DNA of 14,671 bases, from contig CAWDEM010000001.1 of assembly GCA_963801355.1 (NCBI GenBank), positions 1 to 14,671 of the forward strand, written 5' to 3'. The DNA comes from Ignavibacteriota bacterium. Lineage in GTDB: Bacteria > Bacteroidota > Ignavibacteria > UBA10030 > UBA6906. This document shows, in pieces, positions 1-7,432 of the stretch. A model generated the notes under the pieces. The model saw only the letters and a list, made by a program, of their open reading frames with translations, did not search any database and had not been told where the DNA came from. Numbering within the stretch: position 1 is the first letter of the stretch; the number at the start of each line of letters is the position of its first letter. Position numbers and translations under genes: made by a program.

Positions 1-42
1 CAGAGGCGACAGGCAACTATCTTCTGTTCAGCGACTCGATCG

Positions 43-615
43 TCAATTCCCCTTCCTTCTTGCAGTTGCCTCTATGTAGCGAGAGAAGGAATCCGGCTTA
101 CCAGGTTGCGCAATGTCGAACGACATCTTCAGGGTCCCATTTTGTGCTTTTGTGTAGGCGAACCGGAAACGTGGCGCAGAAGGAATTGGATCACTCAAAA
201 ACGTCACCGTACTTGAGTCTTTCGAGAATTCTGCAGTGTAGCGAATGACATGCCCCTCGTTGTCAAAGTAAATCGCTTTGGGCTGGTCATTTTCGTAGAA
301 AATTACCATAAGATCTTCGTGAGTGAACGCCTGGCGGTCTTTGGTAGCGGGATAGTAAGCGGAGTTTTTCCGCACGAGAACTGTATTCTGAAGATCGGGC
401 TGGAGAGAGAATCCGCCGCTTCCCTGACCGGGATCACCTGTCCCTTCACCAATCCATTCGCCCACAAGGAACTGCCAGGCGCTCCATTGGTTCTCGGTCT
501 TTGCTGCCTGTCCCGGTGCCATCGTCGTGAAAACAATGATGGCAAAGAGAAGAAGACATACTGGCCGCTGGATGCAGTACCGCACGCATTCACGCGACAA
601 CCTGGTTATTCTCAC
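43..615 (-). CDS. Secreted hypothetical protein, probable lipocalin/nitrobindin-like beta-barrel
   Basis: Intact 190-aa ORF; GTG start preceded by AAAGGG; hydrophobic signal-like stretch CLLLFAIIVFTTMAPGQA; 'FLVGEWIGEG' (GxW lipocalin-type start motif) and 'IYFDNEGHVIRY' in a beta-rich mature part. Fold is inference; true start could be further downstream. Confidence 0.75.
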   Translation of the reverse strand: MRITRLSRECVRYCIQRPVCLLLFAIIVFTTMAPGQAAKTENQWSAWQFLVGEWIGEGTGDPGQGSGGFSLQPDLQNTVLVRKNSAYYPATKDRQAFTHEDLMVIFYENDQPKAIYFDNEGHVIRYTAEFSKDSSTVTFLSDPIPSAPRFRFAYTKAQNGTLKMSFDIAQPGKPDSFSRYIEATARRKGN

Positions 616-721
616 AACGGTTGCCCTTTCACAAATGCTGGTCCCGAATAGAATTGACCTTTAGCTAAGAATTCATTGAATGCCGAACTGTCATTGGTTG
701 GCCAGGAGTCATCGACCATCG

Positions 722-2211
722 TCACATTGTTGGGGCTTTGCCCAGCACATCATCAACGTTAAGGTTCTTCAGTGGCCCCAGCTTCATTGCTGCAACTCTT
801 GACTCAATCTCCTTCCTGTCTCCGACAAGTACTACTGCCATCCTTTCCGGATCCAGGTACTTCTTCGCCACCCGTTCCACATCAGCCTTCGTGACAGCCA
901 GAATATTGCTGATGTAAGTATTGTAGTAGGTGTCAGGGAGTCCGTAGATCGCCATCTCTTCCAGCTTCCCTGCTATCTCGCCCACGGTCTGGAAATCGGC
1001 CGGGAACCCGAGGGCCACATAGTTCTTTGCGCGATCCACTTCTTCCTGAGGGATCGGTTGGAGGATCCTGTTGAGCTCTTTCATGAATTCCATTAGTGCG
1101 GAGTCGGTCTTTGTCGTGTGCACGGAGGATCCGGCGACGAACGGACCTGCCAGCTTGCGGAAACCGAACGAAGAGCTGGCACCGTAAGTGTAGCCATGTT
1201 CTTCGCGCAGGTTCTGGTTCAACCGGGAGCTGAACGAACCGCCGAGGATCGTATTCATCACGACAATCGCATAGTAGTCATCCGTCAAGCGGGGAGCACC
1301 GATGCACCCCATTCTGATCTCCGTTTGGGCTGCTCCCGGCTTGTCCACAAGTGTCACTGTCCGTTTCTGCACCTGTGCGATAGCAGGAAGCGACGGCTGG
1401 GGCACCGTTCCTTTTTGCCATCCGCCATATACGGCCTCGAGCTTGGGCTTCATCATCGACACCGTGACATCGCCCACGATCACAAGAACTGCATTATTGG
1501 GGCGGTAATACGTTTCGTGGAACTTACGCAGATCCCCCACACTCAGGCCGCGGATTGCCTTTTCATCGCCAATGGCAGTGCGTCCATACGGGTGACCCAG
1601 TGAATAGAGCGTGCGTGAGAATAGCGCAGACGCCTGGGCGCGCGCTTCATCGCGCCAGGAGAGGAGTGTTGTAAGACGTTCCTTGCGGTGCCGTTCCAGT
1701 TCGGCAGATGCAAATGTCGGCCGTAGAGCGGCATCCGCTTGCAGGGCGAGCGCCGAGTCGAGCTTGGAGACCGGCGTATGCAGACTGACCGATGAAGTAT
1801 GCTGCCCGGCAGATCCATAGAGTGATGCACCGAGGTAGTCCACCGCATCGGCGAAAGCGAGAGCATCCCGTGATCCCGAGCCGTCGGTAAGCATGGTCGC
1901 AACCATTGATGCCAACCCGGTCTTTCCTGCGGGTTCATTCACTGCGCCGGAATTTATCACAAGGTTCATCTGCACAAGCGGAACCTGATGCTTCTCGAGC
2001 AACACGACCGGTAGCCCGTTCGACAGAGTGAAGTGCTGAACCGGCGCCATCGAAAACGAAGGCGCGGGCCGACGGGCGGCGGTGTCGAGCGATCGGGTTT
2101 CTGAGCTACGGTTCCTTCCGCAAGCAGCAGCGTGACTGCCAGAAGAGCACAATTGCCGATTGCCCTATGCCTATCGCCTATTGCCCAGTGCCTATTGCCT
2201 ATGATCTTCAT
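722..2211 (-). CDS. M16B (insulinase/pitrilysin family) peptidase, non-catalytic partner subunit; one frameshift near 2065
   Basis: ORF 722..2152 has 'HFTLSNGLPVVL', no HxxEH (GLASMVATML), 'ILGGSFSSRLNQNLREEHGYTYG' (Gly-rich loop plus R/Y pair) and the 'VTKADVERVAKKYL' C-terminus. ATG at 2211 gives MKIIGN...CALLAVTLLLAEGTVA-QKPDRSTPPPVGP, which joins APSFSMAPVQ if one base is added at about 2065. Confidence 0.9.
2154..2202. repeat. Imperfect heptamer tandem repeat, 7 units (consensus TGCCTAT / ATAGGCA)
   Basis: Plus-strand units: TGCCGAT TGCCCTA TGCCTAT CGCCTAT TGCCCAG TGCCTAT TGCCTAT; on the minus strand they encode IGNRHWAIGDRHRAIG. Confidence 0.9.
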
Positions 2212-2213
2212 AA

Positions 2214-3582
2214 TCACTTCCCTTCCTTTCCCGGCATTGCGGCAAGTTCCTTCTTTCCCTTGCGGAACGATGCTCAGTACCACCCGGTTGTCGTCGCGCA
2301 GATACGTTGCCGCCGCAGTCTGGATGTCGCCCGGATCGAGGGCCTTGTAGCGCGAAAAGTCTTCCTGAAAGTAGTCAGGGTTGCCGGTCTGTGTGAAATA
2401 TCCGTTCAGCAGGTCCACTTTTCCTCCGAAACCGCCGACCGATTCAAGCCGTCCGAGGAACGACGCCTCGTACTGGTTCACGGCGCGGTCAAGTTCTCTC
2501 TTCTCCGGTGCGATGGACTGGAGCGTGTGCAACTCCTCCTGGATCACTTTTTCCAGTTCACTCAGCGTATGACCCGCCCGCGCCGTAGCTACGATCTGAA
2601 ATGAAGACCCGAGCTGGCGGGATCCCTGATACGCATACACATCCTGGGCAATCTGTAGATCATACACGAGGCGTTTGTAGAGCCGTGAGTTCTTTCCGTT
2701 AGCTAGCACACTTGCCACCATATCCAGTTCCGCATCTCCCGGTGCAAAGAGTGCCGGCGAGAGCCAGGCCATATAGAGGCGAGGCAAAGAGACATGATCT
2801 TCAAGAACAACACGTTTTTCACGGTCGATGAAAGCAACGGGTGCATCAGGGGGCGGGACCGGGGGACCTGAAGGTATCTCGCCGAACCATTTTTCCACAA
2901 GAGCACGGGTCTTCACCGGGTCAATATCACCCCCGATGCAGAGGCTCGCATTATTCGGGCCGTAAAACTTCCTGAAAAAATCCACCACATCTTCATAGCT
3001 TGCCGCGCTGAGATCCTCCATTGAGCCGATAGTCGGCCAGTGGTACGGATGATCTGCCGGATAGAGATTTTCCCCGAGGGTCAGTTCGGCCATGCCATAT
3101 GGACGGTTCTCATACGATTGTCGTCTCTCGTTTTTCACGACGTCCCGCTGCCCGTCGACTTTGGAGGGCGACATTGCCTGCACCAGGAATCCCATCCGGT
3201 CCGAGTCCAGGAAGAGTGGGAGTTCAAGCGCATTGCTGGGGACATTCTCCCAATAGTTCGTGCGGTCGGAGTTGGTCGAGCCGTTGTTGTCACCGCCAAC
3301 CTGTTCCAGCCATTGATCAAATTTCCCTTCCGGCACGTGGGCTGAGCCTTCGAACATCAGATGTTCAAAGAGGTGTGCAAAACCAGTTCGTCCGGGTTTC
3401 TCGCGTCCCGAACCGACGTGATAATAGACATTCACGCTGACGATAGGCGTGGAATGATCCTCATGGAGGATCACCGTAAGTCCGTTGGGAAGCGTAAATC
3501 GTTGATATGGCACCGAAATCCTCGTGTCGGCTGCCGTTGCGACGGCGGCACAGAGGAAAAGGGCCAGCAGAGCGCGTTTCAT
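2214..3582 (-). CDS. M16B zinc peptidase, catalytic subunit, signal peptide; frameshift near 2255
   Basis: RBS AAAGGA then ATG at 3582; signal MKRALLALFLCAAVATA; 'GFAHLFEHLMFEGS' (HxxEH), 'NGSTNSDRTNY', 'VVKNERRQ' (distal Glu), 'HPYHWPTIGSMEDL'. Removing one base in the 2254-2256 run gives ...QGKKELAAMPGKEGK-TGA ending at 2214, 2 nt before the next ATG. Confidence 0.92.
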
Positions 3583-3645
3583 GCGGGGTCCTTTGATCTG
3601 TCTTGAATTTCCATTGGGTGTTGAGCCAATGACTGATCATCTATA

Positions 3646-3671
3646 TACGAAATTTCCGGCAGTCAGGTTCC
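3646..3671 (-). promoter_or_regulatory. Putative ECF-sigma-type promoter for the M16 operon
   Basis: Minus strand GGAAC-N17-CGTA (GGAACCTGACTGCCGGAAATTTCGTATAT), about 65 nt upstream of the ATG at 3582. Motif match only. Confidence 0.35.
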
Positions 3672-3760
3672 AGAGAAAATCTTCTAGATGGGTCGAAAAA
3701 AAGCAATGTGGATTGTAGTAACTGGATGAAGGCATCATCCACATCCATTCAGAGGCCACC

Positions 3761-4603
3761 ATGGACCCCGACCACGACAGCATACAACGGGCGTTGAATG
3801 AACAGAAGAAACGCGAACTTGAGAAACTCTACGGAGCGCGGTTTTCTGATGCGCCCTGCGGAATTCCGCCCGAGGCGGAAGGCGAATGGCTTGACTACGT
3901 CACCGAGTTTGAACGGCAGTACGCCGAAAATGGGCAGATTACCGTAAAGGAATTTGTTGGCACTCCGGACCTCCGGCCTCTTGCAGCAATTCCTCCCGGA
4001 GAGCTCCCGGCTGCCGCAGAAGCCCTCATGGAACTCCTATTCGACAACAACATCCAGGTGCATTTTGACCGGGAGGTGAGTGATGCGGAGGTCTACCGAT
4101 TTGTAACCGAGGAGTTGTTCCGCGAGAAGATGGACAACATCCGCATCGACCAGATGATGCACACGTTTGTCTACGATCAATTCCATCCTGATGAGGCTTC
4201 GCGTGTGCGACGTGATGCAGAGTCCTTCCTCAACGCGCTTTTTTTCCGCGACCGACGCATGATATGGCAAATGCTCAGTAAGAAAGAGGTGAGAAATTTC
4301 GCGGGGAAGAAATGCTCTGCTGAGCTGTTCATGCTCTCACTGAACGAAATCTACGGAAACGTCGAATCCTTCACATCTCACCTTATGGAAGTGACGTCCT
4401 GCGATGTGGATGTGCCCCGCGCAGAGGTTACTGCTTCATTGACATGGGCTGGGATTGCTGCGGACACAAAGAAACCGATAGGTGGATCAGGTACCGTGTG
4501 TGTGCAGTTCGTGCAGAGTCCGGCGGGTGGATGGGATGTTGTGGGGGTGAAGATACCGGGGTGGGGATACGAAGACAGGCAATGGCCGGGAGGCACTAGG
4601 TAA
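3761..4603 (+). CDS. Conserved hypothetical protein (280 aa), acidic N-terminal domain plus possible NTF2/SnoaL-like C-terminal domain
   Basis: Intact ORF with AGAGG RBS, divergent from the M16 operon. 'VYRFVTEELF..KMDNIRIDQMMHTFVYDQFHPD' resembles an uncharacterised Bacteroidota family (from recollection). The 3' end overlaps the convergent dehydratase by 8 nt. Confidence 0.8.
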   Translation: MDPDHDSIQRALNEQKKRELEKLYGARFSDAPCGIPPEAEGEWLDYVTEFERQYAENGQITVKEFVGTPDLRPLAAIPPGELPAAAEALMELLFDNNIQVHFDREVSDAEVYRFVTEELFREKMDNIRIDQMMHTFVYDQFHPDEASRVRRDAESFLNALFFRDRRMIWQMLSKKEVRNFAGKKCSAELFMLSLNEIYGNVESFTSHLMEVTSCDVDVPRAEVTASLTWAGIAADTKKPIGGSGTVCVQFVQSPAGGWDVVGVKIPGWGYEDRQWPGGTR

Positions 4604-6614
4604 TTTTTACCTCTGTGGCGTTCTTCGCCGCCAGCGTTTCCTTCGCTGCCTTCAACGTCGGGTTGTACTGCGGCACCAGCACATGAAAGAGATCGGTCAC
4701 CGCCGCAATATCCCCCTGCCGGGCGGCCTCGATCAATGATGTAACGTTCATGTGCAGGTGTGACTTGTGCTGGGAAACGGGTTTGTTGGCTGACGTATCA
4801 TCTGCGAGCTCGTGCGCGTAGTTCTTGCGGGAAACCATCACTTTGGAGTGGGCGGTCGTTTCCACGTGGTCCGTCTCGTAGAAGAGCTCTTCAAACATCT
4901 TCTCCCCCAGAAGCAGACCGGTGATCTTGATCTCGATTTCCTCTTCCGTGAAACCGCTCAGCCGGATCATATCACGCGCGAGGTCGATCACTTTGACCTG
5001 TTCACCCATATCCAGCACAAACACTTCGCCGCCCCTACCCATGGTTGCTGCCTGGAGAATCAATTGCACCGCTTCCGGGATAGTCATGAAATACCGGGTC
5101 ACATCTGGATCGCTTACCGTGACCGGTCCGCCCATCGCAATCTGACGCTTGAATACAGTGACCACACTTCCACGGCTCCCCAGAACGTTTCCAAAGCGTA
5201 CTGTGACAAAGGCCTTTCCTGAACGGTTTGCGGCATCCTGAACGATCAACTCAGCAATCCGCTTTGTTACACCCATGACGCTTGTGGGATTGACTGCCTT
5301 GTCGCTTGATACCATTACAAATCTGCGCACATTGTACCGATCGGCGAGGTTCACCAGCACACGAGTCCCGAGAACGTTGTTCGTGACTGCTTCGGTGACA
5401 TTCTCCTGCATCAAATAGACATGCTTGTGCGCGGCAGCATGGAACACAACGTCCGGACTGGTAGTTCGGAACACCTGATCCATCCGTTCCCGGTCACGCA
5501 CATCGGCAATGACCGGGGTAATCTTCATATCAGGGACTGGCGACTCCGCCAATTCCTTCATTATCTGAAAGATTGAAGTTTCCCCGTGGCCGACCAGAAT
5601 CATCTCGGCTGGTCGAAACCCCTTAATCTGCCGGCAGAGTTCGCTGCCAATAGAGCCGCCGGCACCGGTCACGAGCACTTTGGCGCCGGTCAGGAGAAGC
5701 ATAACCTGTGTGACATCTGTTTCAATCACGCCGCGACGGAGGAGATCCTCCAATTGCACATTTCGGACATCATCGATGCGAGCCGTCCCGCGGACGATAT
5801 CATAAAGGGCGGGGATAGTCTTGCTCGGTACTTTTGCTTTACGGCACCACTGGACCACCTCGCGGACAACGTTACCGGGAGCTGTCGGCATGGCGATGAT
5901 GACCTCATCGATGTGGTGTTGTTTCACCACAAAGGGAATGTCGCTTAGAGGGCCAAATATCGGCAGGCCGTAGATGCGCTTGCTGCTTTTGCGCGGGTCG
6001 TCATCCACAAACCCGACCGGCACAATTCCCAGCTGCAGATTGTTCTGAAGCTCTTTCACCGTCAGTGCCCCCCCAGCTCCGGCTCCCACGATCAATACCC
6101 GGCGTTCATGGGGTGCAGTACTCTGGTCACGCAGCTCCGTAAAGAGTATCCGGATCCCCATGCGGCTGGCTGGAATCCAGAACACAGTTAAAAGTGAGGA
6201 GATAATTGGTATCGATCGTGGAAATCCGAGGGGCACCAGGCCCATAGGCATGAGCACGCCATAAAAGAGAACAAATTCCGCAATAGACGACAGTGCCAGC
6301 GCACGTATCATTGTGATCAGCGCAGGGACGCTTGCGTAGATCCAGAGTTCCGAGTAGAGTTGACTCAGTACAAAAATAACCATCTTTACAGAAATCATGA
6401 CAACGGTATAGGTCAACAGGGCAGTACTGAGCGGACCCACGATTCCTGGATCGTCAGTGCGGAGAAGCATTGCAAGTGGCGGTATGATGACCAATCCGAT
6501 CAGATCGATGGTCATTAAATACCGGTTGCGAAGGCCTAACAGGAACCGGAGGTTACGTTTCAACGCCCTAGCCCTCGGATCCCGCGGGCGAGCGCCAAAA
6601 ATCGCCTCAGACAA
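4596..6614 (-). CDS. pglF: Membrane-bound nucleoside-diphosphate-sugar 4,6-dehydratase (PglF/CapD/WbpM polysaccharide biosynthesis protein)
   Basis: N-terminal TM helices; CoA-binding-like 'VLIVGAGAGG'; 'LEDLLRR'; 'LVTGAGGSIGSELCRQ'; 'FHAAAHKHV'; 'SSDKAVNPTSVMGVTKR' (D-K plus MxxxK); 'VRFGNVLGSRGSV'; 'RYFMTIPEAVQL'; 'GEKMFEEL'. Start uncertain (TTG 6614 or TTG 6563). Confidence 0.95.
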   Translation of the reverse strand: MSEAIFGARPRDPRARALKRNLRFLLGLRNRYLMTIDLIGLVIIPPLAMLLRTDDPGIVGPLSTALLTYTVVMISVKMVIFVLSQLYSELWIYASVPALITMIRALALSSIAEFVLFYGVLMPMGLVPLGFPRSIPIISSLLTVFWIPASRMGIRILFTELRDQSTAPHERRVLIVGAGAGGALTVKELQNNLQLGIVPVGFVDDDPRKSSKRIYGLPIFGPLSDIPFVVKQHHIDEVIIAMPTAPGNVVREVVQWCRKAKVPSKTIPALYDIVRGTARIDDVRNVQLEDLLRRGVIETDVTQVMLLLTGAKVLVTGAGGSIGSELCRQIKGFRPAEMILVGHGETSIFQIMKELAESPVPDMKITPVIADVRDRERMDQVFRTTSPDVVFHAAAHKHVYLMQENVTEAVTNNVLGTRVLVNLADRYNVRRFVMVSSDKAVNPTSVMGVTKRIAELIVQDAANRSGKAFVTVRFGNVLGSRGSVVTVFKRQIAMGGPVTVSDPDVTRYFMTIPEAVQLILQAATMGRGGEVFVLDMGEQVKVIDLARDMIRLSGFTEEEIEIKITGLLLGEKMFEELFYETDHVETTAHSKVMVSRKNYAHELADDTSANKPVSQHKSHLHMNVTSLIEAARQGDIAAVTDLFHVLVPQYNPTLKAAKETLAAKNATEVKIT

Positions 6615-6649
6615 GTCGTGTCAAGAATGCATTTGCAGAATGGTCGCAT
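6560..6649 (-). CDS. Possible 29-aa leader ORF (MRPFCKCILDTTCLRRFLALARGIRELGR), or the frameshifted true N-terminus of the dehydratase
   Basis: SD-like AGGGGGA then ATC-ATG at 6649; its TGA (6562-6560) overlaps the TTG at 6563, which is in frame with the dehydratase. Confidence 0.35.
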   Translation of the reverse strand: MRPFCKCILDTTCLRRFLALARGIRGLGR

Positions 6650-6663
6650 GATTCCCCCTGAAA

Positions 6664-6750
6664 GAGATCCCAACGGATCTCACAGCACCCTGCGGTCGAG
6701 GGCGGATGCATGTGCATCCTATTTTGAAAGCAGCTTCATCGAGGGCGATG
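6664..6750 (-). other. Cluster of short hairpins in the predicted 5' leader of the dehydratase
   Basis: Plus-strand inverted repeats: GAGATCC-CAAC-GGATCTC (6664-6681), CCCT-N7-AGGG (6688-6702), GGATGCA-TG-TGCATCC (6704-6719), CATCG-AGGG-CGATG (6737-6750); direct repeat TCGAGGGCG at 6696 and 6739. Confidence 0.5.
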
Positions 6751-6777
6751 TTGTGGTCAAATGTTGCCCCCCGAACA

Positions 6778-6806
6778 ATAGTACAACATGTCGCTCGCTA
6801 ATGCAA
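6778..6806 (-). promoter_or_regulatory. Putative sigma70 promoter of the dehydratase gene
   Basis: Minus strand TTGCAT-N17-TACTAT; predicted +1 near 6771. Confidence 0.55.
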
Positions 6807-6833
6807 GAGAGTTGGTGTCGTGTGAAGGCGTAA

Positions 6834-6849
6834 TGTGACGCACGTCACT
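6834..6849. promoter_or_regulatory. CRP/FNR-family-like operator
   Basis: TGTGA-CGCACG-TCACT, 9/10 match to TGTGA-N6-TCACA; inner GTGACG-CA-CGTCAC is palindromic; centre at about -70.5 from the predicted +1. Confidence 0.55.
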
Positions 6850-6952
6850 CCGCGAGCCTCAATAGATGTTCATGGAGCACATCTTGCAGACAATTTGTTT
6901 CTACCGAACAGCTCATCGGCGCGAATCACCACTCAGAAGTCGACAGCTGGCT

Positions 6953-7198
6953 TCATGCGGTCTCTGGTGTTTTCTGGTCGATATTGACCAGTCGATCCCC
7001 GCATGCCGGGCAGAACCGCGCTGTCGGGTAAAGGATCGGTTCCTTGCATCGGGGGCACGCATCGATCAGTTTGGTACCGCAGAGCATGCAGTAAGTTTGT
7101 GACTCTGATGCACTGCAAAAATTTCCACAGTAACTGCAGAGGCGGTATCGGTCGTGTACCACCTGCGAGGAATCGTGCACATTGTGTGAAGTCGACAT
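6953..7198 (-). CDS. Small double zinc ribbon (DZR-like) protein, 81 aa
   Basis: Four CxxC knuckles: CSYCG, YCMLCGTKL, CPRCKEPI, ARFCPACGDRL, with typical DZR spacing; same strand as its neighbours; no SD. Confidence 0.85.
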   Translation of the reverse strand: MSTSHNVHDSSQVVHDRYRLCSYCGNFCSASESQTYCMLCGTKLIDACPRCKEPILYPTARFCPACGDRLVNIDQKTPETA

Positions 7199-7273
7199 AG
7201 GCGATTCGAGATTTGCTGAGATGGTTAATATGATGCTCCGAGAACCGGCACGGGTTCAAGCTGCACAAAAATA

Positions 7274-7290
7274 CGCCACTACCGTGCCAA
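7274..7290 (-). promoter_or_regulatory. Putative sigma54 (-24/-12) promoter upstream of the DZR gene
   Basis: Minus strand TTGGCACGGTAGTGGCG against consensus TGGCACG-N4-TTGCW: perfect -24 box and correct GG-N10-GC spacing, two mismatches in the -12 box; AT-rich tract just upstream. Confidence 0.5.
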
Positions 7291-7432
7291 GAAATAGGTC
7301 CGAAAAAGCAAAGAATAATGGTAAAGCGGAATGCGGGAAGTACCTGGTAGAAACAGGGGTTGCGTTCAGGGAAACGACGGTTGTGCCGGGTCCAGCGAAG
7401 GGAGAATGCTTTGTTGTCGAGATCTGCTCAGA

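Noticed and set aside
2154-2202. Repeat region as a CRISPR array or MITE
   Set aside because: Units are 7 bp with no spacers, terminal inverted repeats or nearby cas/transposase genes.
1966-2256. Apparent 538-aa M16 ORF extension suggesting a fused two-domain peptidase or programmed frameshift
   Set aside because: One extra base explains the read-through; after correction there is a clean TGA-TT-ATG junction and the second protein has its own signal peptide.
6660-6771. Known riboswitch (e.g. c-di-GMP) or tRNA in the pglF leader
   Set aside because: No recognisable consensus elements by eye; an Rfam scan would be needed to exclude it formally.
6864-6884. AGATGT-N9-ACATCT inverted repeat downstream of the DZR gene as a terminator
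   Set aside because: Only 6 bp, AT-rich and without a U-tract.
6618-7268. Alternative ORFs 6618-6833(+), 6866-7102(+), 6933-7268(-)
   Set aside because: No motifs; they overlap the promoter region or the much more convincing zinc-ribbon frame.
7272-7288. CACGGTAGTGG (minus strand) resembling an ops/JUMPstart element
   Set aside because: Does not match GGCGGTAG and lacks JUMPstart context; better explained as part of the sigma54-like box.
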